DNA of 64,000 nt from Harriotta raleighana (Eukaryota), in contig JBNZDD010013721.1 of assembly GCA_050575255.1 (NCBI GenBank), forward strand, positions 5,515,324 through 5,579,323, written 5' to 3'. This document shows positions 47,785-60,950 of this stretch, in pieces; within the stretch, counting starts at the first letter, position 1, and every line of letters begins with the position of its first letter. The notes under the pieces are model-generated. The model saw only the letters and a program-made list of their open reading frames with translations. It searched no databases and was not told the DNA's origin. A program made the position numbers and the translations under genes.

Positions 47785-47980
47785 AGGGGAGATTTTCCCA
47801 GTGCTCTGGCCAACAATCCCTCAAATAATATTGGTCATTCACTTCATGGCTGTTTAAATTGACTGCCATATTCGCCTAGTAATGAACAGTCACTGCACTT
47901 TACAGTAAATCCTGTGAAACGCTTTGAGACACCTTCCTGATGTGAAGGGCACACGATCAAATGCAAGGATTATTATCATT
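47785..47980 (+). mobile_element. Family B SINE 3' part
   Basis: cagtgctctggccaacaatccc...cacttcatggctg...atcaaatgcaaggattatt. Confidence 0.65.
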
Positions 47981-48196
47981 ACTATGCTTATTATGAAATT
48001 ATTCTGAATTCCATTGTTAATCAATCCACTTCCTCACTAATTCCCGTTGTCCAATGCTTTTGTCTCTTGCTCCCTGTACTTGTTGCACATTGGGATCTCT
48101 CCAACCGGAATTATTAATCTCCAAATGAGAACATCCTTCAATCTTGTATGCCAGCATGGAATAGCTAATTTCCACCATATCTGCAGGGAACTGGTT

Positions 48197-48491
48197 TTCA
48201 CTGTATCATACTGTTATTAATAATCATTCTGTTATTTTAATCCCCAAACTGATACAGTGCTGACCTATTATATTATTGTGCATTAACAATATCCCACAAA
48301 AAGCCGATGAGTGACCAACAAATCCGTAAGGAGGTGAGGAAGATGTTGGTGGGAGGCGAGGAAGATGGCCCATGTCCTGCTCAGGTGGAGCAGAAGGAAG
48401 TTGAGCCACAATATTATAATAGGTCAGTACTGTATCAGTTTGGGGATTAAAATAAACAGAAAGATTATTAATAACGGTATTATTCACTGAA
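48197..48491. repeat. Fold-back element with ~73-bp inverted arms
   Basis: 48208-48280 is the reverse complement of 48407-48480 with about 5 differences; the spacer is ~126 bp. Confidence 0.85.
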
Positions 48492-49124
48492 TGGCCGCTT
48501 TCTGCGCTGTAGATTTCTATGTTTCTTTGAATATTTTAGCTTGTATGTAACATGAAATGCAGATTGTTGGCTTTCAACTCCATGAGAAAAGTTTTCTGAA
48601 AACAAAGTACACTTCAGATTTCAGACATCATTTCCTTAACCTGAATTGGAAAATCTTAAGTAAGTTAATTGGTTTGTGCTTGATAATGAAGGGTATCCCA
48701 GTTGTGCTGTAATGAGTTATGCAGAAATTATTAACATTGCACATTCAGTCAAAATGAAAGAAAAGATAAACGAGACAGAGTCGCGCAATAGGATTGTAAT
48801 TTACAATCTATTCCTGCGAAGTGTGATATAATTGATTCTCTTACGGTATATTTTGCTTTACCTCAGAAGTAATAAACTTTCTGTGTATTGATGTGGTGGA
48901 GTTGCAGGAGTTGTACAAACTTTAATCCAGGCCAGATCTTGAAAGCACAACCGACAGCCGGTAAGTGAATTCCAGACAGCAACTGAGTCCAGGTAATCAG
49001 CACTGGGCTCAATAGGAAACAGCTTGATAATGTAATGAGTAAAAAAAATAGTTGGGCATTCATGAACAAATGGGCAGAAGGGCCCTTTTATCTTCTCTGT
49101 CAGCTTGTGAAAAGAGCTATTTGA

Positions 49125-49395
49125 TAATAATAATACTAATACTTGCATTTGATATAATTTTGTCGAGACAGCGCATCAAAGAATATACTGTAAAGTGAAT
49201 TGACTGTACTGTAGTTTGTGGGTGAAATGCAACAGCCAATTGGCACATCAGTGTCCCACAAACAGTCATGGATTGAGTGACCAAATTATTATTGGTTTTT
49301 TTAAGGGATTCTTAACCCCTGGAAAAGTGATCTATCAATCGACCAACTGATAGGGAAACAAAGGCATGAGAAATAAGGGAACTTGCCTTACAACA
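49125..49395 (-). mobile_element. SINE family A long variant, 3' portion
   Basis: Tail cttgcatttgatata...gtgtcccacaaacagtc...acccctggaaaagtgatc. Confidence 0.7.
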
Positions 49396-51642
49396 TTGCA
49401 GTGGTTCATTGGGGATCGCTGCATTGTCAGTCCTTCACAAGAGTGATTACACTGATCAGTCTGCCTGTTCAGATGGACACTAAAGATTTAAAGGCATTAC
49501 TTCAAAAGTGAAGGGAGTTTCTCCCCATATCCTAGATAAGAAGGCTGTTCAGAATTGGCTCTTGATTGAAGCTGCTGAAACACAGCACAATTTTCAATAT
49601 AAAACTTATGTTTTAAACCTATTTCAAATTATAAATGCGCACCAAAAACAGCACAAATGAATTGTTTCCCTCAGCACGTATCTGCGCTAATTTGTGCCTC
49701 AGTTTTGTTAACACAATTTTTACGGAGAAAATAACACATGTTTCAGATGGGATAAAGCAAGCCAACTTCTTTATAAATATATTTAATGAAATTGGGACCC
49801 GGAGGATAAATGAAACAGGCTGTGGAATGGAAAATTTCAAAACTCCATGTAAATTACTCAGTACGAGACAGGTTTCAAACAGGGCAGACACAAGTTAAAC
49901 ATTTAAGACTCTTGGAACTGGGAGGGAAGTCAAGCTGAATGTTTGCGCACAGAGGACGATAGAATTGTGGAATAAATTGTGGTTGAAGGCCATTGGAGTG
50001 GGTATCATCAATAGGTGATTAATAAAATAATAATCCCGGTATTTGATAGATATCACTTCGTCAATATGTCCTCAGAGGATTCACTGTAAAATGGAGTTAA
50101 ATGTTCACGTGCGTATTGATGAGATATTCTATACATGTATGGAACATATGTGTATAGATATTGTGCACAAATCAAATTTATGCACAGGTTCACAAGGTAA
50201 TTACCAGATCCTTCAATACCATACAGATAAGGGATTAACAATCCTTACATTTGATACAGCGCCTTTCACATTGGCAGAATGTCTCTAAACACTTCACAGG
50301 ATGTAGCGTAAAGGGTGGTGACTGTGTATTTTGTAGGTGTGCGAGCATTGAAGGTTATGGTGAGCATGTAGCTGATATTATTATACTGTAGTAACCAGGA
50401 AATGGGTTTTCTTTTGCCATTTTCAGAGTAGGAACATTAGGAGGTGGTTCCTCTATTTGTGTCACCTTCTGACTTGAAAGCTATATAAATATATATTTGT
50501 ATTTACTGTGCTTTATTGCATCGCTATGATTTAATTCCTGGTAAAGTGCCCTGACGTAACCATGTTTGTTGTATTCCAGTTAGTTAAAAAAAATTCAGTA
50601 GTTAGAAGCAAGAAAGTGGTTAGAAGCAAGAAAGTAAATTATAGCTGGACATAATGTTGCCAGAGTACCTTATTTACTAGGTAAAATTGAGACATATAGA
50701 TAGACGCATACAAATTTATGCACACATGAACGCACGCACGCACACACACACACATGCACGAGAATGACAAGGATTGGATAGAGCAAATATCGACATAAGC
50801 CTTTGCCATTAAACCCTCAAACATTAATTAAAAGAATCTTGTGTTCAGTCTGTTAGTGACTGACCACTAACTGCTGTACCTGTGGGAATGTGGTCTGATA
50901 CCTAAACTAAATGGATCTCTTTACATTAATGTTAATTCACTGGAGATGGTTTAAAAATATTTCCAAAATATGATCCATTAGTCTCACATACATGTCAAGT
51001 TTTGAAGGCATATTATGGGTATCTATTACAAATTATCTCTTGCACTCAGATACAAGCTAAATCCGCAAAGGAATAACACTGCAGATATATATACCATATC
51101 ATCAATTAGCTTCAGCTACAGAAACCCCGCCGAGATATTGATAAATATCTATTGTATATCATGTGTGAGACTGAGCTAAGGGCTAAAGCAGCGATGGGAT
51201 GTGGATATTGTACATCATTCATTACACTCAGCATCTCCGAGCAATGGAGATATTGGATCTCTAACATGCCATCCATTAAACACTGAATACATATTACAAG
51301 CTAGGACTTTGAAGCATTTTCGGGCATCCTCGCCAACTTGAAAGGTGCCATATAAATGTATATTTGTACTGAATTATATTGTGAAAGCACACAGCTATTT
51401 ATGGCTATCTCTACCCATAAGGTTCAGATGTAGCATCAAACTATTGGGGAATATTGTTAATCATCAACTGCACGGGTATCTATTGGATACAGATGTTGGC
51501 TTAGCAATAATAAGAATAATGATCCTAGCATTTAGTATATTTGCCTTTCATGTTCGGAGGATACACTATGAATTACAATCACTGCGCATTTTATAGGCAA
51601 CCAATTTGGCTGCCGCAATTTGAAAATTTTAGCAAATTTTTA

Positions 51643-51836
51643 GCAATTTGGCTGCCGCGTTTCGCCCACAAATATACAGTAAATTTTCCTACTCCTTCCC
51701 ACTACCACGACCCCTCCCCCCCCCCCCGCTCTGGTCTCTACCTTGGGACGTTGTCGTATTCTGCAAAGCGCTTTGGGACGTCGATAAGATGTGGAAAGCG
51801 CTCTCTAAATCTAAGTATTATTATTATTATTATTAT
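51643..51836 (+). mobile_element. SINE variant with C-rich tail, copy 2
   Basis: Near-identical to 33680-33862. Confidence 0.8.
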
Positions 51837-51839
51837 AAC

Positions 51840-52020
51840 CACGGCAACCAGTTTGCATAAAGTCATGTCTCACAAGCAGTCACAAAGTGAGTGATCAATT
51901 TTATCTGGCGATTGTTGCCCGGGACAGTGGGATAAACTCTCTTCATCTTTTCAGGAGTGCTATGAGATCTCTAACATCCATCTGAACCGGGAGATGGGAC
52001 CTCAGTTTAACATCTAACAC
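51840..52020 (-). mobile_element. Family B SINE fragment
   Basis: gtgctatgagatctctaacatccatctgaac...ctcagtttaacatc is the reverse Deu domain. Confidence 0.55.
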
Positions 52021-54394
52021 AGCATGACAGAGTACAAGTTTGCTGAATGTGAGGAATATCAAAATATGCGGTATTCTGTCATACTGTATAGCAATAATTG
52101 AGGCAGTCTGGTATAAGATACAGAGATACATATAGTCTCAATAGAAGTAGGGTAAATAGAACCATGTGGGAATTGATCTGTAGTTTTCAAGGGCTACGTC
52201 GCTGTTGAATTCTAGCTGCCTTGTGTTCCAGCACCATGTGATGTTCTCCTGCGTGAAACGCATTCTATAAATGTAATTTTATTGTTGCTAAATCACACAT
52301 GCCCTGGATTCAAGCTATCACAGAATATACTGTGAAGTGAACTAGCTGTACTGAACGTAGTTGGAGAAGATAATTTGCTGTTTTACCAGTGGAGATGAGA
52401 TCAGACCTGACTACAGGCAGTCTTTCTGTAGAGCTCTCCAGGAGAAAATGGGGTGATGACCTCCATGATAGGGTGGGCTTGGTATTGACTGTGGAAGAAA
52501 CCTCCTTGATTTATGGGTCCAATGGCCTTTCCATGTTCTTTGGTTTGGTCTCCTCTTATCGTCTCTCTGTGCCTGATGTGACTGCTAATCCTATGATGAC
52601 CAAGTGAGCCAGGGGTCCTGGCGATAGCCTGTGGAGAGTGGAGCAGGGTTGGCAAAGTGCAATTGAGAAGCTGGTCTCTTCCTTACAGCAGCGACAGAGG
52701 TTTTAGAGACAGTGAATAAACCTTGACTCAGTGCACTTTGGCTCCATTCTGAAGACAGAATGTATATTGTGGTGCTCATGAAAGCCATATTAGGGATTTC
52801 TCATAGAAACGCCAGTATTTTCAGCCTCGGAGTGCACAGAATAAGCAATATTGACCAATTGCTATTGATGGATACTGAAAGATTACCTAGACAATAATGG
52901 CATGGCATCTAGCAGCACATCACGTAGATAGCTGACAGTCACTGTGGTGGAGGAGATGTGAGGAGATGGGCTTAAGGAGCACAGAACCACTTTTGGAGAC
53001 TAATTCATTAATGGAATATTGTCTACAAAATACTTACAACTCCAAATCTATTATTATTATGATTATGTGTATCTCGAAGATGAACAGCAGAAAGATGTCT
53101 ATGTTCAGTGATGCAACGTTTGTAATATACAGAGGAATGGGATAGCTCTACTCGAAAAGTGAGGTGACAGGAACATATGTAAGCTTCTACTCCCAACAAT
53201 CGTATGTCAAATGTGCTGCAGCTTCAAATAGTGCAGAAGCACTGAGTGATGTAATGAACACGTATTTAAAATACATATGCTTATAAAGGCAGAAGAAAGC
53301 TGTGTTCTTTAATGGAAGTATAAATATTTTACATTAGCCCAAAGCGCTGTGAGTTTATACAATCACTGGCAGCTACATAGAGCTTGTACATCATAACAGC
53401 CAGAGAATTGCCTTAACGCTACGTGCCAGCTGCACAGAGAGTCCTGCTGCACTTGTGACTAATTACACGATGAAAAGCTTTTGTAACAAAAATGTGATAT
53501 CAGAGAGAAGAGAGGTATAACATACCGGCACCTGACACTCACATCCTGACATAACAGCAGTTCCATGTCTATGTTCTGTTTGCGGCTCTAAACAAGCCTG
53601 CACCCATCCACTTTCTGTCCTTCGCAGTTCATCCTCACAGCCATTGCTCCAGCGCACCCAGCTTGCAAACGTATCAGAACGCAGTTATTTCCTCAAAGAG
53701 CCCGGTTTGGTGCGGACTGCAATGGAATTATTCTCACCGGCATATTTACATTGACTTTCTGTTGCTCATTTACTGATTCTTGCTGACGCACAGTAAAGCG
53801 GATTGATCATCTATTTTGTGGGTGAAACTTGGCAGCCAGTCGTTACACAGGTTTATTGTGTTTTGAATGGAATGGACATTCTCTCCATGCATCCTGCTTA
53901 CCTAAATCCGCAACGTATTAAGCAAGGTTGGCACAAGTCGTGACTTCAGGATCTCAGAGATTGTATTGGCGTAACTGTTGGAGTGCAAGCAGCTAAACCC
54001 ATATGGCTTGCCATTGATATTGCAGTCTGGTTAGCTTAGGGCTTTGGCTTGAAGGGTTCATCGGTCACCCCAAATCCCCCCCTTTCCCTCTACCCTCCCC
54101 GTCCCCGACTCCAGCTCGGGCCTGAAACAATGACAGTCCAGTGCCTTGGGACGTCCTGACTTGAAAGATGCTATACAAGTGTAATTTTGTTGTTCTTGTT
54201 CCTGGGAGCTGAGTGGGATGATTCCCTGTCCCCATTGACTGATCTAGTCTTCCAAATCCTACCCATTAACCAGGCTAGGGTGGGCTGTCATCAGTAATGT
54301 CCAGGATTACTGCAGCTCCACCTGACTCAGGAATGAGAGTATTGAGAATGACCACAGAGAATACTACGCAAACTCCCTTCCCAACTCCTCCCTC

Positions 54395-54745
54395 AATCAG
54401 CTGCAGAACATCTAGAACTCTCCCGCACCAGCTCCATGATACTATCACCCCCACCCTCACCTAACTCCACTGGCTTCCTAGTGGGGACTTTCAGCCATTC
54501 TGCCTTCCACCTTCTGGAACCCCGTCTCGCAGTTCCTCCACCTCGACCCACCTCACTTGCCTTCTTCAAGACCTATCTCAAGAGCCTCCTATTCGACCGT
54601 GCCTTTGATCACCCTAGTTCCCCACGTTTGCCCCACCTTCTCTGATCCCGACCACCAACTCGGGCCTGAAAAATGGATTATCCAATCCCTTGGGACATCC
54701 TCCCAATGTAAAAGGCACTTTAAAAATGTGATTTTTATGTCGTTG
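54395..54745 (+). mobile_element. L2 LINE 3' fragment with internal deletion
   Basis: ITPTLT*LHWLP joined to FFKTYLKSLLFDRAF, then ccttgggacatcc...aaaggcac. Confidence 0.75.
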
Positions 54746-55269
54746 TTCTTTCTTTCTTCCTGTTTGAGAGACATGTCAAGGTTAAATAATTTTTTCTGTA
54801 CTGTTTTTTTCCGAAGGAGAACATCATTGTAGTTTAGTCCAGCGTCAGAAATGTACCTTGCACATTTCAAACACAAAATTATGAAAATCATTTCAAAATG
54901 ACAAAGCTATTACCTGAGCTCTGTAACAGCAGCTGGGAAATTAACAGTTTTAACTTCCATTTTTAACTGTATACATCATTTTCGTGGAACCGACAGTGCA
55001 AAAGGCCACAGAGAAAAAAAAATCTATACCAGCAAAACTAACTACTGTACATGGCAGTTGAAAGCATCTACACAAGACAAGTGATGAGGAAAGCCAAAAG
55101 CTAGTTAAAAGCAAAATGACAAATGTTGACTTAAAGTTGCCTTTGAAGGATGCGTTACATTATTCTTGCCTGGATGAATGTCAGACACCTCATTTTTACA
55201 CACATGTTTTTTCAACATCAACATTAAAGATCATTAAAATCACAAGCTGATTTTGCAGACTGATGCTCC

Positions 55270-55365
55270 AGTCTGGTACTGAGGGCAACGCTGCATTGTT
55301 GTAGCTGCCTTACGTCAGGTGAGATGTTAAACTGAGATCTCACCTGCCCTGGTCAGGTAAACATA
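55270..55365 (+). mobile_element. Family B SINE Deu fragment
   Basis: gtactgagggcaacgctgcattgtt...aggtgagatgttaaactgag...tcaggt. Confidence 0.6.
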
Positions 55366-55480
55366 CAGTTAACCGTCGTCGATTGCGGGGGTTATGATCC
55401 TGGAAAACTGCGCTCTCAACGAAATTGCATTGGAGAAGCTTAAGAAGTAATGGGAAAAGGGGATTAGGGGAATCCAGTCA
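55366..55480 (+). mobile_element. Tigger-like MITE left end
   Basis: TA then CAGTTAACCGTCGTCGATTGCGGGGGTTATGATCC resembles Tigger/MER2 termini; no right end found. Confidence 0.4.
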
Positions 55481-55751
55481 CAGGCTACCCACCTCAAGCC
55501 TCCAGCACATCCGATGCAAGGTACCTACTAGGCAGGCTACAGCTGGCCTGCTCCTCACTCCGCCCGCCTCTCCCCACTCTTGTAGCTGCCCCACCCCCAC
55601 TCTTCGTGCTCTCGTCTCTCCTACCACACGCCTATAGTCCTCCAAAAACAACAATAATAAATTGGTCATTTAAATCCATGGCTGTTTGTGGGACACTGCT
55701 GTGCACAATTGATTTTTTGCCGCGTTTCGCCCACATACAGTCAATTAGTTA

Positions 55752-56082
55752 TGGAGCTCCTGTGGCTCAGTGGTTAGAGCACTCGCCTTACATGCCTTAC
55801 AAGCATGAGACCTGTGTTCGAATCCAGGCAGATCAGGGCGAAAGCTTGGGCAAGTTACCTTACTCCACATGCCTAATAATAATCCCTCCAAAAAAAATAA
55901 AAAAATAAAAAATTGGTTAGTTCAATCCACGACTGATTGTGGGACACTGCTGGGCGCAATTGGCTGCCGTGTTCCGCCCACAAAAAATATATACAGCCAA
56001 TTCACTTTACAGTATATTCTGTGAAGCGCTTTGGGACGTTGATAAGATGTGTAAAGCGCTATATCAAATGCAAGGATTAATA
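55752..56082 (+). mobile_element. SINE family A, full length, TAC subfamily
   Basis: A-box tggctcagtgg, B-box gttcgaatcc and tail aagcgctatatcaaatgcaaggatt; preceded by a partial body copy at 55640-55748. Confidence 0.9.
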
Positions 56083-56250
56083 CTTTCTGGAATTAGGTAA
56101 GCAGGATGCGTCCAGGGAGAGAGTGCGCATTCCATTTCAACAATCTATCTCTGGTGTAGAGATGTATAGGTGGGATCCATGAAAGTCTCAGTTTGGTTTG
56201 GGTACTGTGAAGCATGGTAATGGGTTTCTGCATACCCGCCTGATCAAAAA
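56081..56250 (+). repeat. Unclassified repeat family C, copy 2
   Basis: Colinear with 32100-32260. Confidence 0.65.
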
Positions 56251-57607
56251 CAACTTCACAGCTGTTTGTGGCTGTTTCATACAGAATCCTGACCTCAACC
56301 ACTGTTGCTTAGAACCCTATCTCAGTCTTTAATTAGTTTCTGGGTAAAGAAATATTTTGTGGCATCGATCCTGAATCTGTGACTTGCTGCCTCACTTAAC
56401 TGAAAGGGTTTTCTTTCTGTACAGAATGCAGATATCTGTTCCTGATAATTAAATGTTTCACACTATCGGTGAGAATACATTGAAGATTTATTTGTGGGTG
56501 AGTCTAATGGCAAAGAGAAGCACTTTGTTGCTCAGTGTTTTCCTAATCTCTGATCGTGACTGTGACTGAACTTTATACTATTTAGTTAAGTAAGCGTATT
56601 TACTACGGCCTGATAAATATGAATCTTTGAGCTGCAGTGATTAATAACTCATTTAGCCTCACATCTCCCTCACCTGTCAATATCATTTATCAGAGCAATA
56701 ATGATCATAAATCTGATTGATGTATTTGCAGCACAGTGTTACAGTGAATGCTGAGCTACAGTGAAAAACAAAAGAATATCTCCCAGTGTCCTGGCCAACA
56801 ATTCTCAAATTAAAATCTGTCGTTCACCTCATGGCGGTTTGTGGGACATTATTGTGCACAAATCGGCTGCCAGATTTCCCAACACCACATAGAATCCACA
56901 TGAAGCACTCTAAGACTTTGAAACAATGTGATAAGGAGCTATATCAAAAACAAGTCTTATTCTTCTGATTAATAATACAGTGCTGGTGCCTATATGTGGC
57001 AGTGTCTAACAGCTGGAATATTGCAGTTGCAAAAAATATAGTCGATAAGTGAACTCAAATGCAAAGGTAGAACGTATAAGTATTTATTAAGTGTAAATAT
57101 CAAATTCACAGTGAAATACAGAATGTATTTTATCACCAAGCGATATTGAATAGTCCCATCACAAGGTGGGCAGTCAAGTGTATTATAAAGAGAGTGCTAA
57201 TCAAATCATTAGGTTAGCCTCAAGTGAGGTTAAAGAGGCTTAATCTATTATCAAGGGTTGTAAAGTAGGTTCAGGGGACATGGTCGTACTGTTTAGAGAA
57301 GAGAACAGTGTAACATGTTCACAGTAATGTGCTTCTCTTTGCAAATGCTAGTATTGTGAACCTCAGGTGAGAGCTGTCAAACATGTAAGTATTTTATCCA
57401 GCAATCAACCAGCCAGCCAGCCATCGAACCCCTTCAGATGGTGTTCCTTCATTTATATTGCATTCCCCTGTTTGGATAACATTTGAAATGACCTTGTTTT
57501 TTTTTGTTCCAATTGTAAAACTGGGAAAGTTGGTCAGGAATACTTCACACAACATGACTGATACAACATCCTCCCCCCTTACTGTCCCCATCACCATTAC
57601 AGATGTA

Positions 57608-57943
57608 TGGAGTCATGTAATTACATGTCTAATGTAGTGGTCAGCGGGTTCGGCTCGCAAGTGAGAGAACACGGGTTTGATTCCTGGGTGGGGTGAAAAT
57701 GTAGGTAAGTTTTCTCACTCCACACACCTTCTGTTTACCTAGCAGTAAACAGGAACCCGGTTGTTAGTCAGATTGATGGATTTGCTTTCTGGGGGTATTC
57801 AAAAAAAATCCCTGAATGTTTGTGATTATTGCTGTGCGGAATTGGCTGCCGGATTTTGCCCCCAAAATACACAGTCATTCCACTACACGATATATTCTGT
57901 GAAGTGCTTTAAGGCGCTATATCAAAAGCAAGAATTATTATTA
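57608..57943 (+). mobile_element. SINE family A, long variant
   Basis: ctcgcaagtgagag...gggtttgattcc, tctgtttacctagcagtaaacaggaacccggttgttagtc and tail. Confidence 0.8.
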
Positions 57944-58368
57944 GATTATCTCCCTAGCCTGGGAACTGAGCAGTACATCCTCTCCACTTCAATAAGCGGC
58001 TTTGTTGGTGTTTTATTGATGAAGTAATATTGTATAAAGAGCCCCACTGCACAGCTATAAATCACACACCGACCCCACTGATAGAATTTTATTCACGAGG
58101 AGCCTAGTAAGAGCATTGCTGCCATCTGGATTTATTCTGGGGGAGAAGCAAGGACCTTGAAATCTGAAGACTTTAAATGGATTCTGATACTTTTACTGCA
58201 TGATCATCAATTATTAATCGATGATTAACGATGCAGTCAGGAGAATGAAGAGGTGTATAGTGTGTTCTATCATTTGGAGCACTCCAAGGGAGGTGAAAAT
58301 ACACTGTAACTTGTTGGAGACATGGAGTCCAATGGAATTAGGAGGAAAAATTTTAACTGGTTATGAAT

Positions 58369-58702
58369 AGTCCTGTAGCATACTGGTAGATCACTCACCT
58401 CACAAGCAAACGGAACCTGATTTGATTTCCAGATATGATGAAACTTTACGCAAGTTTCCTTACCTTCCACACCTCTATTGACTCAGCAGTAAGCAATCAA
58501 TTGGCTTTCCGGGGTAATAATCCCTTAAACAAATGTGGTCACTCACCCCATGACTGTTTGTGGGACACTGCTCTGCACAATTGGCTACCGCATTTCGCTC
58601 ACAAAATATACAGTCAATTCCCTTTGTAGTATATTCTGTGAAGAGCCTTGAGCTGTCTCAATGATGTGATTAGGGGCTATATCAAATGCAAAGATTATTA
58701 TA
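58369..58702 (+). mobile_element. SINE family A, long variant
   Basis: agtcctgtagca head, caagtttccttac, ggggtaataatccc and tail atcaaatgcaaagattatt. Confidence 0.8.
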
Positions 58703-60129
58703 AATCTTATTATTGTTAGGCTAAGCAAGTAGTCGACCAAAAATCTAGATATTATCTCACATTTACTTTGATCCGAAACTTGCTCCTCTGAGCCACGTTC
58801 TGAATGGAACGGAAATTAATCTGTTACTTAAAAATCAAGTCCACTTGTCCTTTTTCTGTGTTGCTATTGAAAAGAAAATCAATGCGTCTTTGCGTTTCCA
58901 GACTTTTACTCCACTATCTTAACAAAGCTCTCCGCAACTTGCCATCAATCGCGCATTGTCAACGTATCCCGAGTTTCCCCCAGGTTTTACGTGTAGCCGC
59001 ACCCCCTTTTGTAGTTTTAAAAGTCGCAATCAGCTCATGCAAAATAATAGAATGTGAAACAAAGAATTGATCTGTATTGATTTGTTTCCTGGAGCAATAT
59101 GCAAACTGAAGGGCTCCAAAAAGTTCCAAAGTATTCACGTCAAGATGGATTTGGTATTTTCTTTCATTACTTTTCTTTTGCGACACCAAGCAAGCCTCTT
59201 CTGGCGTTGTTCAAACAGCCATGCCAAGTCGCTGCAGCAATGTGTGCTAGATAAGAAAGAAATCGGATACTGGTTAATTAAATACAGCAGTAACAGAGCA
59301 ACAAAAATAATGCGTCTCTTTCGCAATGCAATTGTCTAAATTTTTAATAAATTGCCAACAAATAAGTGAATGCAGAACCTGATTGTCATTTAGAAAGAGG
59401 GACGATCATGAGAAATGGTTAGAATTTGGAGGAAGTGTGTGTGTGTGGAGGGGGGAGATAAAGTGTTTTGGCTATGATGTGCGTAGGGGATGAAATCTGG
59501 GGGTGGTGAAGTATCGGGCATTAACTGTGTGTTTGCCTGTGTGTGGTGGTGGTGGGGGTGGGGTGGTGGTGATGCTGGGGTAGTGGGAGGGGTGTAGGCT
59601 CAGATCAGCGGTGCAGTTGATCAAGTACCACACACATCATTATCTTTCAGGCTAAATCGATGACTTTGTGCTGCCCTTCAGCACCAGTTATTCCAACCCA
59701 CTTGGGGTCGGTTATCTTAACTTAATGGATAACGGTTGACCAATTATAGTTCTGAAGTTACAGTCCTCATTAAATTTGTGTTCAAATCACTTCCAACAAT
59801 GGGGAACATTCCCATTTACACAGCACTGTGCTCTCGGAAGGCTCCTTAGTGAATTGTGGCATAGAGTACTCTGTTCTATTCCCGTGGGCAGCAATCAATG
59901 AGGACTCCAGCCTTTGGCGAACCATTCAGAATAGCAAATCAACCCGGAAAACATGTTGTGAAAGAGTACGTTCTCCTTAAAATATTGGGAGGAGTTTTGG
60001 AGCTGAACCCTCATTTGAGAAGTGAGGCCTCTGGTGTAGGTTCACTTAAGGATTTCATAGGAATTTACAAACTGATTTGAAGGTTCAGATCTTTCCAGTG
60101 ATATTCAGCAATAATTGCTGCCAAACAAA

Positions 60130-60306
60130 TGTGGTCACTCACCCGATGACTGTTTGTGGGACACTGCTGTGTGCAATTGGCTGCTGTGTTTCACCCACAA
60201 AATACACATGCAACTCACTTTATAGTGTAGTCTGTGAAGCAATTTGAGATATCTCGAAGATGTGATGGTGATCTACTTTAAATGCAAGGATTAATATTAT
60301 TATTAT
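60130..60306 (+). mobile_element. SINE family A 3' half
   Basis: gactgtttgtgggacactgctgtgtgcaattggctgc...aaatgcaaggattaatatt. Confidence 0.8.
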
Positions 60307-60729
60307 CATTTTATTTTACATTGGGAGGATTGCAGCACAGGGGGATGAATGTCCCACACCTTCTAAAATGACACCTCACAAGTGGAACCTTCAAAAAAGA
60401 ACTGAGCAAAACAATTAAGCGGGCTAGTGTTTCTTTGAGTTCACAGATGGAATTTCAAGTTTCCAATAATAGACTGTTACAGTATTATATTAAAATCTGA
60501 ATAGGGATGTATATCTGCATTAACGCATTTCAGCACTTCTCAGCATTTGTTCAATTATAAAGAAGTCTGCAACTTGAAGTCTGCAACATTACCAACCTGC
60601 TTTAGTTAGTCGTATCAGTGTGTGTGTGTGTGTGTTTAACCTGTTATATGCCGATTATCACAAGTGGATGGGATTGAGTTTGCCATTCATGGTGGAGTTC
60701 TTTTTTTGGTCTGCTGGGTGTTTGACTCG

Positions 60730-60950
60730 TGCGGAAACCTATCACTGTGCTTGAGAGGATCCAAACTGGGAATTCCACAAACAGTACATACATGTCTGAC
60801 ATGTCCAAATTTTCCTGTGTTTGGAATGTATAGTGAACTTTTCCTGTGGATATGGGGATGAGCTCTGTTTACCTAATTCCAGAGAATATTGGGCGCAAAT
60901 TGCCAAGTGCCAAGGCTTAGGGGACCCCAGAATGACTCCTGGAGTCTAAC
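60730..60950 (-). repeat. Unclassified repeat family C, copy 3
   Basis: Reverse strand gtcccctaagccttggc...tctggaattaggtaaacag matches 32065-32125. Confidence 0.6.

Noticed and set aside
50599-50636. Short local duplications (also 22378-22477, 36105-36132, 51601-51658)
   Set aside because: Two-unit slippage duplications without array structure.
52910-52980. miR-15-like sequence TAGCAGCACATCA
   Set aside because: Only 13 nt match and there is no complementary arm to form a precursor hairpin.
55752-55840. tRNA genes at SINE heads
   Set aside because: They have A/B boxes and an anticodon-like arm but no proper acceptor stem, and always run into the SINE body.
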